A DNA stretch of 62,738 nucleotides from an uncultured Muribaculaceae bacterium. GTDB taxonomy: Bacteria; Bacillota_I; Bacilli_A; RF39; UBA660. Each line of letters opens with the position of its first letter. Position 1 is the first letter of the stretch. The DNA is taken from the NCBI GenBank assembly GCA_964369865.1, contig CAYJFL010000003.1, positions 5,700 through 68,437 of the forward strand, in the 5' to 3' direction. A program made the position numbers and the translations under genes. The notes below the pieces were generated by a model, which saw nothing but the letters and a program-made list of their open reading frames with translations, was not told where the DNA came from and searched no databases. Positions 1 through 9,353 of this stretch are shown piece by piece.

Positions 1-671
1 CAATTTTTGTTAAACCTTTAACATATTTATTAATAATAATAGGGGAATTTTCTAAAAGTTATGGTTTATCAATAATGGCAGTTACACTTATTATAAGATT
101 AGCAACATATAAATTTACTAAAAAAAGTGCTATGCAAAGTGAAAATTTAAAAATAGCAAAACCAGAGTTAGATAAAGTAGAAAAAAAATATGCTAACAAA
201 AAAGATCAAGAGAGTATTATGAAAAAACAACAAGATACTATGCTAATTTATAAAAAGTATAATATTAATCCTTTATCTGGTTGTTTATTTGCATTAATGC
301 AAATTCCACTTTTTTTCGCATTTTATGAGGCATTACAAAGATTACCTCTTATTTATGAAGAAACTTTCTTAGGGTTAAATTTAGGAGTAACTCCAAGTGT
401 TGGAATAGGTAATGGAAATTTTATATATCTATTATTAGTAGTAATTACAGTTTCAGCCAGCTACTATTCGTTCAAATTAAATAGTGGGGCAAATATGAGT
501 CCTGAAATGGCAAGTCAAATGAAAATAATGAGATATGTTTTATTAGTTTCAATAGGTTTAGCATCATTCAATTTTGCATCTGGTTTAGCAATTTACTGGA
601 TAACTAATAACTCATTTACAATAATACAAAATTTACTTGTAAAAAGGAGAAAAGAAAAAGATGTTAAATAA
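1..671 (+). CDS. yidC: YidC/SpoIIIJ-family membrane protein insertase, 5' end cut by the window edge
   Basis: The reading frame of the listed ORF (ATG 75) stays open back to nt 3 (IFVKPLTYLLIIIGEFSKSYGLSIMAVTLIIRL), so the gene starts upstream of the window. It has a YidC-like amphipathic loop (KKYANKKDQESIMKKQQDTMLIYKKYNINPLSGCL), multiple TM segments and a basic tail (KRRKEKDVK). It is followed by jag, as is usual in Firmicutes. Confidence 0.9.
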   Translation, partial: IFVKPLTYLLIIIGEFSKSYGLSIMAVTLIIRLATYKFTKKSAMQSENLKIAKPELDKVEKKYANKKDQESIMKKQQDTMLIYKKYNINPLSGCLFALMQIPLFFAFYEALQRLPLIYEETFLGLNLGVTPSVGIGNGNFIYLLLVVITVSASYYSFKLNSGANMSPEMASQMKIMRYVLLVSIGLASFNFASGLAIYWITNNSFTIIQNLLVKRRKEKDVK

Positions 672-1275
672 ATATATATATGAAGAAAAAAATTATGATA
701 AAGCATTACAATGTGCATTATTAGATTTAAATACTGATATAAATAATTTAATAATTGAAGAACATGAAGAAGAAGCAAAATTATTTAAAAGTAAAAAAGT
801 TAAACTTATAATAATAAAAAAAGAAGATATAAAAGAATATATTATTAATTATTTACTGGAGCTAACGAATTTAATGAATTTAAAAGTAACTGTAAAAATT
901 AAAAATATTGATAATATATATAATATCAATATGGATAGTGATAATAATGCTATTTTGATTGGAAAAGATGGAAGAACATTAAATGCTATTCAAGAAATAA
1001 CGCGAGCTACTATAAAAAAAGAGATTAACGAAAATATAAGAATAAATATTGATATAGTCAAATATAAAGAGAATAAAAATAAAAATTTTGAATTTGAAAT
1101 AAAAAAAATAATGCAAGAAGTAAAAAAATCTAAAGTAGAAGTAAAACTAGATCCTATGAATTCATATAATAGAAGATTAATTCATAATCTATCGAATGAA
1201 TTTGAAAATATTAAAACAAAGAGTATAGGTGATGGTTTAGAAAGACATATAGTTATATATTATAAAGAAGATTAA
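661..1275 (+). CDS. jag: Jag/KhpB RNA-binding protein (KH + R3H domains)
   Basis: R3H motif NSYNRRLIHNLSNEF near the C-terminus. Conserved position directly after yidC. ATG 661 overlaps the yidC stop, with a purine-rich SD upstream. Confidence 0.85.
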   Translation: MLNKYIYEEKNYDKALQCALLDLNTDINNLIIEEHEEEAKLFKSKKVKLIIIKKEDIKEYIINYLLELTNLMNLKVTVKIKNIDNIYNINMDSDNNAILIGKDGRTLNAIQEITRATIKKEINENIRINIDIVKYKENKNKNFEFEIKKIMQEVKKSKVEVKLDPMNSYNRRLIHNLSNEFENIKTKSIGDGLERHIVIYYKED

Positions 1276-1287
1276 ATCTTCTTTTTT
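1265..1287 (+). terminator. Rho-independent terminator after jag
   Basis: Stem AAGAAGAT / ATCTTCTT with a 3-nt loop followed by a T-run; it spans the jag stop codon. Confidence 0.7.
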
Positions 1288-1335
1288 ATTGACAAAAAAA
1301 ATAAATAGTATACACTAAAAAAAGGAGTGATAATT

Positions 1336-2691
1336 ATGGAAGATAATATAGTTACAATATCAACAGCAGTTGGAACTGGAGCAATATCTATTGTAAGAAT
1401 AACAGGAAATGATTCAATCAATATTGTTAATGATATTTTTAAAGGGAAAAATTTGTCAATTCAGAATTCGCATACTATTAATTATGGTCACATTACAGAT
1501 AATGGTGAAATAATAGATGAAGTTTTAGTGATGCTGATGAAAGGACCTAAAACATATACTACATTAGATACTATTGAAATAAATTGTCATGGAGGTATAG
1601 CTACAACTAATAAAGTTCTAGAATTATTAATAAAAAAAGGATGTCGTTTAGCAGAACCTGGTGAATTTACAAAATTAGCATATTTAAATGGAAGAATTGA
1701 TTTAATTGAAGCAGAAGGTGTTATGGATTTAATTAATGCTAAAAATGAAGAAATGAGAAAAATGGCAATTGCAAGTTTGTCTGGAAGTGTATCAAAATTA
1801 ATTCATAATTTAAGAGAAAATATTGTTAAAATTTTAGCACAAATAGAAGTAAATATTGATTACCCAGAATATGATGATGTAGAGGAATTAGAAACAAAGC
1901 AAATTATTCCATTAATGAATTATATGAAAAGTGAAATGGAAAAAATTATTAAAGATAGTGAAAATGGTCAAATAATAAAAGAAGGAATTAAAACTTCAAT
2001 TATAGGAAAACCTAATGTAGGTAAAAGTTCATTATTAAATGCTTTATTAGAAGAAGATAAAGCTATAGTAACTAATATAGCTGGAACAACAAGAGATACA
2101 GTAGAAGGTCAAATAAATTTAAATGGGATTATTTTAAATATCATAGATACTGCAGGTATTAGAAAAACTGAAGATTTAGTTGAAAAAATAGGTGTAGATA
2201 AAAGTTTTAAATTAATAGAAGAATCTGACTTAATAATTCATGTATTGAATAATAATGAGAAATTGGATGAAGATGATATAAAAATTATCAATAAATTAAA
2301 GAATAAAAACTATATTACAATCATAAATAAAATAGATCTTGATAATAAATTAGATTTTTCTAAACTAAATTCAAATCAAATTATAAAATTAAGTATTTTA
2401 AATAATAAAGGATTAGAAGATTTAAAAGATGAAATTAAAAGAATATTTAATTTAGAACAAGTTAAAACAGGAGATTATACATATCTAAGTAACGCTAGAG
2501 AAATAGCTCTTTTAAAAGAAGCATATTCTTCGTTAATTGAAGTATTAAATGGTATAAATACCAATATGCCTATAGATATGATTGAAATTGATATAAAAAA
2601 CATTTGGGAAATATTAGGAAAAATTTTAGGTGAATCTTATGAAGATGAACTTGTAGATAAATTATTTTCTTTATTCTGTTTGGGTAAGTAA
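1336..2691 (+). CDS. mnmE: tRNA modification GTPase MnmE (TrmE/ThdF)
   Basis: G-domain motifs GKPNVGKSSLLNAL and DTAGIR, and the characteristic C-terminal FCLGK. SD AAGGAG precedes ATG 1336; the GTG at 1327 in the ORF track lies within the SD spacing. Confidence 0.96.
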   Translation: MEDNIVTISTAVGTGAISIVRITGNDSINIVNDIFKGKNLSIQNSHTINYGHITDNGEIIDEVLVMLMKGPKTYTTLDTIEINCHGGIATTNKVLELLIKKGCRLAEPGEFTKLAYLNGRIDLIEAEGVMDLINAKNEEMRKMAIASLSGSVSKLIHNLRENIVKILAQIEVNIDYPEYDDVEELETKQIIPLMNYMKSEMEKIIKDSENGQIIKEGIKTSIIGKPNVGKSSLLNALLEEDKAIVTNIAGTTRDTVEGQINLNGIILNIIDTAGIRKTEDLVEKIGVDKSFKLIEESDLIIHVLNNNEKLDEDDIKIINKLKNKNYITIINKIDLDNKLDFSKLNSNQIIKLSILNNKGLEDLKDEIKRIFNLEQVKTGDYTYLSNAREIALLKEAYSSLIEVLNGINTNMPIDMIEIDIKNIWEILGKILGESYEDELVDKLFSLFCLGK

Positions 2692-2714
2692 AAAAGAATT
2701 TTATATTCTTTTTT
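2692..2714 (+). terminator. Rho-independent terminator after mnmE
   Basis: AAAAGAAT / ATTCTTTT stem plus T-run. It is followed by TTGCTT-17-TATAAT promoter-like boxes for mnmG. Confidence 0.7.
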
Positions 2715-2770
2715 ATTTGCTTAACATTAGATATAATAGTATAATATGAATGCAAACGAGGTGAAAAAAA

Positions 2771-4639
2771 ATGAAATATGATGTTATAGTAGTTGGTGGA
2801 GGACATGCAGGATGTGAAGCTTCCTTAGCAAGTGCGAGAATAGGAAAAAAAACATTATTAGTTACTTCTAATATTAAAAATATTGCTGATATGCCATGTA
2901 ATCCAAGTATTGGGGGAAGTGCAAAGGGAATTGTTGTTAGAGAAATAGATGCATTAGGTGGAGAAATGGGTATCAATGCAGATAAAACTCAAATCCAAAT
3001 AAAAATGTTAAATAGTAAAAAAGGTCCAGCAGTTAGAGCACTGAGAGCTCAAGCAGATAAAGTTACTTACCCACAAGAGATGCAAAAAACTATAATTAAT
3101 ACAGATAATTTGACTGTAGTAGAGAATATGGTTAAAAATTTGATTATAGAAGAAAATAAAGTAATAGGTATAGAAAATGAAGATGGAATCAAATACTATT
3201 CTAAAGCAGTTATATTAACAACGGGAACATATTTGAAAGCAGATATATTAGTAGGAGATAAAAGACATCGTGAAGGACCACATGGAGAAAAACCAAGTAA
3301 TTTTCTAAGTGAAAATTTAAAAGAATTAGGATTTAATATTTTAAGATTGAAAACTGGAACTCCACAAAGAATAGATAAAAATACAATTGATTATTCAAAA
3401 ACAAGAGTAGAAGGTGGAGATAGTGAATATAGAAATTTTAGTTTTGATATTACTCCATTTTATGATTTAGAAAAGCAAATACCTTGTTACTTAATATATA
3501 CTACACCAGAAACTCATAAAATTATTAATGACAATCTAGAAAAATCAAGTATGTATGGGGGAATAGATAATATAGAAAGTGTTGGACCAAGATATTGTCC
3601 TTCAATAGAAGATAAAATTGTAAGATTTGCTGATAAAGAAAAACATCAATTATTTTTAGAACCTGAAAGTAAATATTTAGATGATATATATATTCAAGGA
3701 TTTTCAACTAGTATGCCTCATGATATTCAAGATAAAATGGTAAAAAGTTTACCTGGATTAGAAAAAGCAGTTATAACAAAATATGGATATGCTATCGAGT
3801 ATGACGCAATAACACCAACTCAATTAAAACAAACATTAGAAACAAAAATAATCGAAAATTTATATACTGCAGGACAAATAAATGGAACCAGCGGATATGA
3901 AGAAGCCGCTGCACAAGGATTATTAGCTAGTATAAATGCTTGTCTAAAAATAGATAATAAGGATCCTCTTATTTTAAAAAGGAATGAATCATATATAGGT
4001 GTTTTAATAGATGATTTAGTTACTAAAGGAGTAAAAGATCCATATCGATTATTAACAAGTCGTGCTGAATACCGTTTGTTATTAAGACATGATAATGCAG
4101 ATTTACGCTTAAGAGAATATGGGTACAGAGTAGGATTAATAAACGAAACAAAATATCAAAATTTACTAAATAAAAGAAAATTGATAAGCAATTTAGAAAA
4201 TGATTTAAAAGAATATAAAATAAACCCTACAGCAAAATTAAATGAGTATTTAATAAAAAATAATAGTACAAATTTGAAATTTAGCACATATTTATATGAT
4301 TTACTAAAAAGACCAGAATTATCTTTTGAACACATAGATGAAATAAACTTCTTTAATTATGATAAAGAAATAAAAGAGCAAGTAGAGATTAATATAAAAT
4401 ATGAAGGTTATATAATTAAATCAGTAAAAGAAGCAGAAAAAATGTTAAAACTTGAAGCTAAAAAAATACCAAATGATATTAATTACAATAATATAAAAAA
4501 TTTAGCTAATGAAGCAAAACAAAAATTAAATGAAATTAAACCAACTTCAATAGGTCAAGCGATAAGAATAAGTGGAGTTAATCCATCAGACATATCAATT
4601 TTAACTGTTTATTTAAAAAAGGAGTATGGAAAATCGTGA
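2771..4639 (+). CDS. mnmG: tRNA uridine 5-carboxymethylaminomethyl modification enzyme MnmG (GidA)
   Basis: N-terminal FAD fold VIVVGGGHAGCEA, full-length 622 aa, conserved mnmE-mnmG-rsmG order. Confidence 0.97.
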   Translation: MKYDVIVVGGGHAGCEASLASARIGKKTLLVTSNIKNIADMPCNPSIGGSAKGIVVREIDALGGEMGINADKTQIQIKMLNSKKGPAVRALRAQADKVTYPQEMQKTIINTDNLTVVENMVKNLIIEENKVIGIENEDGIKYYSKAVILTTGTYLKADILVGDKRHREGPHGEKPSNFLSENLKELGFNILRLKTGTPQRIDKNTIDYSKTRVEGGDSEYRNFSFDITPFYDLEKQIPCYLIYTTPETHKIINDNLEKSSMYGGIDNIESVGPRYCPSIEDKIVRFADKEKHQLFLEPESKYLDDIYIQGFSTSMPHDIQDKMVKSLPGLEKAVITKYGYAIEYDAITPTQLKQTLETKIIENLYTAGQINGTSGYEEAAAQGLLASINACLKIDNKDPLILKRNESYIGVLIDDLVTKGVKDPYRLLTSRAEYRLLLRHDNADLRLREYGYRVGLINETKYQNLLNKRKLISNLENDLKEYKINPTAKLNEYLIKNNSTNLKFSTYLYDLLKRPELSFEHIDEINFFNYDKEIKEQVEINIKYEGYIIKSVKEAEKMLKLEAKKIPNDINYNNIKNLANEAKQKLNEIKPTSIGQAIRISGVNPSDISILTVYLKKEYGKS

Positions 4640-5340
4640 ATATAGATTTATTTAAAGAAGAATTATTAAAATTAAACATCAATTTAACACCATTGCAATT
4701 GGAACAACTAAATAGATATTTTGAATTACTAGTAGAATATAATAAAGTTATGAATTTAACTGGGATTACAGAGAAAGAAGAAGTATATTTAAAGCATTTT
4801 TATGATAGTATAACAATTGTAAAAGCTATCAATATAAATGAGCAAGATAATCTTTGTGACATTGGTACAGGTGCTGGCTTTCCAGGACTTGTACTTAAAA
4901 TAGTTTTCCCTAATTTAAAAGTAACTTTAGTAGATTCTCTTAATAAGAGAATAAAATTTTTAAATATTGTTATAAAGGAATTAAATTTATCTAAAATAGA
5001 AACAGTTCATACTAGATGTGAAGAATATGCTATTATTAATAGAGAAAAATTTGATATTGTAACTAGTAGAGCAGTTACGCATCTATCACCTTTATTGGAA
5101 TTTTCTATCCCTTTAGTTAAAGTAGGGAAATATTGTATACCATTAAAAGCTAATATAAAAGAAGAAATAATTGAATCAAAAATAGCTTTTAAAAAATTAA
5201 ATTGTGAAATCGAAAAAATTATAGAATTTAATTTACCTATTGAAAATAGTAGTAGAAATATTTTAAAAATTAAAAAAAATGCTAAGACTAACACTAAATT
5301 TCCTAGGAAATTTAGTGAAATTAAAAAAAACAAATTATAA
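4636..5340 (+). CDS. rsmG: 16S rRNA (guanine527-N7)-methyltransferase RsmG (GidB)
   Basis: SAM-binding motif DIGTGAGFPG. The GTG start overlaps the mnmG TGA (GTGA). Confidence 0.93.
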   Translation: MNIDLFKEELLKLNINLTPLQLEQLNRYFELLVEYNKVMNLTGITEKEEVYLKHFYDSITIVKAININEQDNLCDIGTGAGFPGLVLKIVFPNLKVTLVDSLNKRIKFLNIVIKELNLSKIETVHTRCEEYAIINREKFDIVTSRAVTHLSPLLEFSIPLVKVGKYCIPLKANIKEEIIESKIAFKKLNCEIEKIIEFNLPIENSSRNILKIKKNAKTNTKFPRKFSEIKKNKL

Positions 5341-5368
5341 AGTATATCATTTTTGATATTACTTTTTT

Positions 5369-5399
5369 TATTTCCCAAAAGTATTGGAATATTTCCCAA
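5369..5399 (+). promoter_or_regulatory. Two direct TATTTCCCAA repeats 21 bp apart (Noc-binding-site-like half-sites) upstream of the noc-like gene
   Basis: TATTTCCCAA at 5369-5378 and 5390-5399, with ATTGGAAT (a degenerate inverted copy) between them. ATTTCCC is half of the B. subtilis NBS palindrome ATTTCCCGGGAAAT. Confidence 0.3.
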
Positions 5400-5445
5400 G
5401 ATATGTTATTATAATTATGATAGAATAAAGTAGGAGGATTATAGC

Positions 5446-7266
5446 ATGAAATTTGAAGGAAAAATTATATCATTAAATGTAGAAGATATTTTACCAAATA
5501 GGTTTCAACCTAGAATAACATTTATGGAAAATCACATTAATGAATTAGCCGAATCAATAAAATCATATGGAGTAATACAGCCAATTGTAGTTAGAAAAAT
5601 TGGAGTAGATAAATATGAAATTATAGCGGGTGAAAGAAGATATAAAGCCAATTTAATAGCTGGTAATGACACTATTCCTGCTATAATAACTGAATTAGAT
5701 GATAATGATAGTGCTGAAATAGCTCTTATAGAAAATATTCAAAGAGAAGATTTAACTGCAATAGAAGAAGCAGTTTCTTATAAAAAATTATTAGACATGG
5801 GAAGATTAAAACAAGATGATTTAGCTCAAAAGTTAGGGAAAAAGCAATCTACAGTTTCTAATAAATTAAGATTATTAAATCTTGAAGAAGAAGTTCAAGA
5901 AGCTTTATTAGAAAAAAGAATAAGTGAACGTCATGCTAGATCATTATTGAAATTAAATGGATCAGATCAAAGAAAAATGTTAGATAAAATATTAACAGAA
6001 AGATTAACTGTTAGAAAAACAGATTTAGAAATAGAAAAACTTGTTAAAAAGCCTGAAGAAGAAATAGAAGTGTTAGATTTTAGTAGTTCTAAACAAATAG
6101 AAAAAGAAGAAGAGAAAGGAAAAAACGATATGAATCAAGAAAATTTCGGATTTAATATCCCAACAACTCCAATTATAGAAGATAATAATAGTACAGGTAT
6201 AAGTGCTAACTCGGAAACAAAGATAATGCCAGGGTTTATGGATGTAAATAAAATAGAAGAGACAGCAACAGATATAAATGTAGAAAAACCAGTTGCTAAT
6301 ATAGATAGTTTGTTAGAAAGCAAACCTGTATATACTAATAATGCTACTGCACCTGCATCTGACACTTCAATTTTTGGATTTACACCAAATGACCCAGTGA
6401 AGCAGGAAAAAAATTCACAACCAGAAGAAAATAAACAAACTGGAAGATTTTTTGATTTGGGAAATATTACAGAAGAGAACAATCTAACAGATATGACTTC
6501 TATCCCAACAACAATAATCCCAGAAACTATAATTGAAGAGGTTCCAATTTCACAAGGTATAGAAAATTTAAATAATATGTTTAGTGCTGATAAAAAAATA
6601 GAGGAAAAAGTGGAAGAAGAAATTATAATCGAAAAAGAACCTGAAAGTATTTTTAATTTTTCAACTACACCTAAAAATCCTGATTTTATTGAGGATGTAG
6701 AAAAAGTAGAAACAAATATGAATTTTAACATACCAACAATAGAGCCAGCTAAAATACCTACTTTAGAGACAGAAACAAATATTTTAGAAAAATCTAATAT
6801 TGATAATAACATTTTATCTCAACAGGAAGTAGTAAATGAAACAATAGTACCACAACCAGTGATGCCAGAAGTTAAATTAGAAAATAATTTTATTCCATCT
6901 TCTATTGTTCAACCAGAGCCACTTGCTGAATCTATGCAGATAGAGCCAGTTCAGTCAGTACCAACACAAAAAGTAATGCCAAGTTACTCAATACCTGATA
7001 CAAGTGAACTAGATGATTTTCTAAATAGTTTGGATGATAACACTCCAATTAGTGGATTAATGAATGAATCAGCACCAGAAACAGTGTTAGAAACTAATGT
7101 AACAGACACAATAAATATGGCACCAGTCGATTCTGAAAAAATGTCAAAAATAAAATCAATTATTGCTGAAGCAAAGGATAAAATAGCTGCTTTAGGAGTT
7201 AGAGTTGAAATAGATGAATTTGACTTTGATGATATGTACCAAGCAATAATAAAATTAGATAAATAA
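5446..7266 (+). CDS. noc: ParB/Noc-family DNA-binding protein with a long acidic low-complexity insertion
   Basis: ParB N-domain and HTH motifs (PNRFQPR, GERRYKA, KQSTVSNKLRLLNL, ISERHARSL). The C-terminal end VRVEIDEFDFDDMYQAIIKLDK resembles the C-terminus of B. subtilis Noc. Located directly after rsmG, as noc is in B. subtilis. Residues ~200-565 are D/E/N/T/P-rich. Confidence 0.85.
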   Translation: MKFEGKIISLNVEDILPNRFQPRITFMENHINELAESIKSYGVIQPIVVRKIGVDKYEIIAGERRYKANLIAGNDTIPAIITELDDNDSAEIALIENIQREDLTAIEEAVSYKKLLDMGRLKQDDLAQKLGKKQSTVSNKLRLLNLEEEVQEALLEKRISERHARSLLKLNGSDQRKMLDKILTERLTVRKTDLEIEKLVKKPEEEIEVLDFSSSKQIEKEEEKGKNDMNQENFGFNIPTTPIIEDNNSTGISANSETKIMPGFMDVNKIEETATDINVEKPVANIDSLLESKPVYTNNATAPASDTSIFGFTPNDPVKQEKNSQPEENKQTGRFFDLGNITEENNLTDMTSIPTTIIPETIIEEVPISQGIENLNNMFSADKKIEEKVEEEIIIEKEPESIFNFSTTPKNPDFIEDVEKVETNMNFNIPTIEPAKIPTLETETNILEKSNIDNNILSQQEVVNETIVPQPVMPEVKLENNFIPSSIVQPEPLAESMQIEPVQSVPTQKVMPSYSIPDTSELDDFLNSLDDNTPISGLMNESAPETVLETNVTDTINMAPVDSEKMSKIKSIIAEAKDKIAALGVRVEIDEFDFDDMYQAIIKLDK

Positions 7267-7323
7267 AGTACGTTAAATTATATAATTTATAAAAGTATAA
7301 ACACTTTAATTTATTACATATTA

Positions 7324-7359
7324 AAACAAGGATTACATTAAAGTAAACCTTGTTTTTTT
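7324..7359 (+). terminator. Rho-independent terminator after noc-like gene
   Basis: AAACAAGG ... CCTTGTTT stem followed by T7. Confidence 0.7.
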
Positions 7360-7400
7360 ATAACTTAAATGATATATTAAGTGTACAAAAGGAGGCAAAT

Positions 7401-9353
7401 ATGTTTGAGCTAAAATCGAAATTTCAACCAAGTGGAGATCAACCTACTGCTATTAAAAAATTAGTAGATAAAATCAATAAAGGTGTTAAAAATCAAGTTT
7501 TATTAGGAGCAACTGGTACAGGAAAAACATTTACAATTGCTAATGTTATTAAAGAAGTTAATAAGCCAACGCTTATTTTAGCACATAACAAAACTTTAGC
7601 GGGACAACTATATTCAGAGTTGAAAGAATTATTTCCTAACAATCATGTTTGTTACTTTGTTTCATATTATGATTATTATCAACCAGAAGCTTATGTCGCC
7701 AAAACAGATACTTATATTGAAAAAGATGCCTCAATAAATGATGAAATTGATGAATTACGTCATTATGCAACTGCAGCACTTCTTAAGCACAACGATGTTA
7801 TTGTTGTTAGTAGTGTTTCGTGTATTTATGGTATTGGAGAAGTAGAAGAATACAAAAAGAAAATGTTAACACTAGAAGTAGGAGAAATAGTAGAGCGTGA
7901 TGAAATTATCTTGAAACTTATTGATATGCAGTATGAAAGAAATAATATGGACTTAAAGCGTGGTACTTTTAGAGTTAGAGGGGATATATTAGAAATAATG
8001 CCAATTAACCAACACGGAAGTGCAATAAGAATTGATTTTTTTGGAGATGAAATAGAAAAAATATTTGAATATGATACACTGACTGGAAGTATAATAAATA
8101 ATAAAAAAAGTATAAGTATTTTTCCAGCAAGTCATTTCGTAACAAGTGACGATAAACTAAAAGTAGCTGTAAAAAACATAAAATTAGAATTAGAAGAACA
8201 ATTAGAAATTTTTAAAAGAGAAAATAAATTGCTAGAATATCAAAGATTGATGGAACGTACTAATTATGATATGGAAATGTTATCAGAAACAGGTTTTTGT
8301 CGTGGAGTGGAAAATTATTCTAGACATATAGCGTTAAAAAAAGCAGGAGAAACACCAACTACATTAATAAATTTTTTCCCAAAAGACTTTTTACTTGTAG
8401 TAGATGAATCACATGTAACACTACCACAAGTTAGAGGAATGTATAATGGAGATCAAGCACGTAAGCAAGTATTAGTAGATTATGGGTTCAGATTACCAAG
8501 TGCTAAAGATAATAGACCTCTTAAATATGAAGAATTTGATAAAATAATTAATCAAGCTATATATGTCTCTGCAACTCCAGGTGATTATGAACTTGAATTA
8601 ACTAATAATGAATATGCTGAGCAGATCATCAGACCTACAGGACTATTAGATCCTACAATAGAAGTAAAACCTTCAAAAGGTCAAATAGATGATATAGTAA
8701 GTGAAATTTACAAGCGTAAAGAACTAAATGAAAGAGTATTGATTACTACTTTAACTATTAGAATGAGTGAAGAGTTGACAAAATATTTAAAAGATTTAGA
8801 TATAAACGTTGCTTATTTACATTCAGAAATTAAAACTTTAGATAGATTGAAAATTATTAGAGATTTAAGAAAAGGGAAATATGATTGTGTTGTTGGAATA
8901 AATTTACTTAGAGAAGGAATTGATATTCCTGAAGTAAGTTTAATAGCAATATTAGATGCTGATAAACAAGGTTTTTTAAGATCAAAAAGAAGTTTGATTC
9001 AAACAATTGGTCGTGCAGCAAGAAATGCTAACGGGCATGTTATAATGTATGCTGATAGTATTAGTGATGCAATGAATGAAGCAATCATAGAAACAAAAAG
9101 AAGAAGAGAAATACAAAATGAATACAATTTAAAACATGGTATAACACCAACAACGATAGTAAAAGCAATCCATGAAATTGTAACTAATAATGATGAAATA
9201 TCTGATAAAACAGTAGAAAAAATGAGTAAAAAAGAGAAAATGAACTTAATAATGTCGATAGAAGAAGAAATGAAAAAGGCAGCAAAAGAATTAGATTTTG
9301 AAAGAGCGATGGAATTAAGAGATGCTTTGTATGAATTAAAAAGTGGTGAATAG
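7401..9353 (+). CDS. uvrB: Excinuclease ABC subunit B
   Basis: [16 protein letters not shown]-terminus, Walker [11 protein letters not shown]-terminal UVR motif ([18 protein letters not shown]). SD AAAGGAGG precedes ATG 7401; the TTG at 7350 in the track runs into the upstream terminator. Confidence 0.97.
   Translation: MFELKSKFQPSGDQPTAIKKLVDKINKGVKNQVLLGATGTGKTFTIANVIKEVNKPTLILAHNKTLAGQLYSELKELFPNNHVCYFVSYYDYYQPEAYVAKTDTYIEKDASINDEIDELRHYATAALLKHNDVIVVSSVSCIYGIGEVEEYKKKMLTLEVGEIVERDEIILKLIDMQYERNNMDLKRGTFRVRGDILEIMPINQHGSAIRIDFFGDEIEKIFEYDTLTGSIINNKKSISIFPASHFVTSDDKLKVAVKNIKLELEEQLEIFKRENKLLEYQRLMERTNYDMEMLSETGFCRGVENYSRHIALKKAGETPTTLINFFPKDFLLVVDESHVTLPQVRGMYNGDQARKQVLVDYGFRLPSAKDNRPLKYEEFDKIINQAIYVSATPGDYELELTNNEYAEQIIRPTGLLDPTIEVKPSKGQIDDIVSEIYKRKELNERVLITTLTIRMSEELTKYLKDLDINVAYLHSEIKTLDRLKIIRDLRKGKYDCVVGINLLREGIDIPEVSLIAILDADKQGFLRSKRSLIQTIGRAARNANGHVIMYADSISDAMNEAIIETKRRREIQNEYNLKHGITPTTIVKAIHEIVTNNDEISDKTVEKMSKKEKMNLIMSIEEEMKKAAKELDFERAMELRDALYELKSGE

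Noticed and set aside
5007-5399. 130-aa minus-strand ORF overlapping the rsmG 3' end and the rsmG-noc intergenic region
   Set aside because: It overlaps a confident gene plus a terminator and promoter region, with no SD and a low-complexity hydrophobic product.
6135-6812. 225-aa minus-strand ORF inside the noc-like gene
   Set aside because: It lies entirely antisense to the low-complexity part of a well-supported + strand gene. Its product is a mirror low-complexity S/I/F/L-rich string with no SD, so it is a shadow ORF of an AT-rich, purine-skewed coding strand.
1-7400. oriC / DnaA-box cluster expected near yidC-mnmG-rsmG-noc
   Set aside because: Reading the intergenic regions by eye, I found no TTATCCACA-type boxes or AT-rich unwinding element arrangement. 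dnaA, dnaN and rpmH are not in the window, so oriC presumably lies upstream of nt 1. A computed motif scan would settle this.
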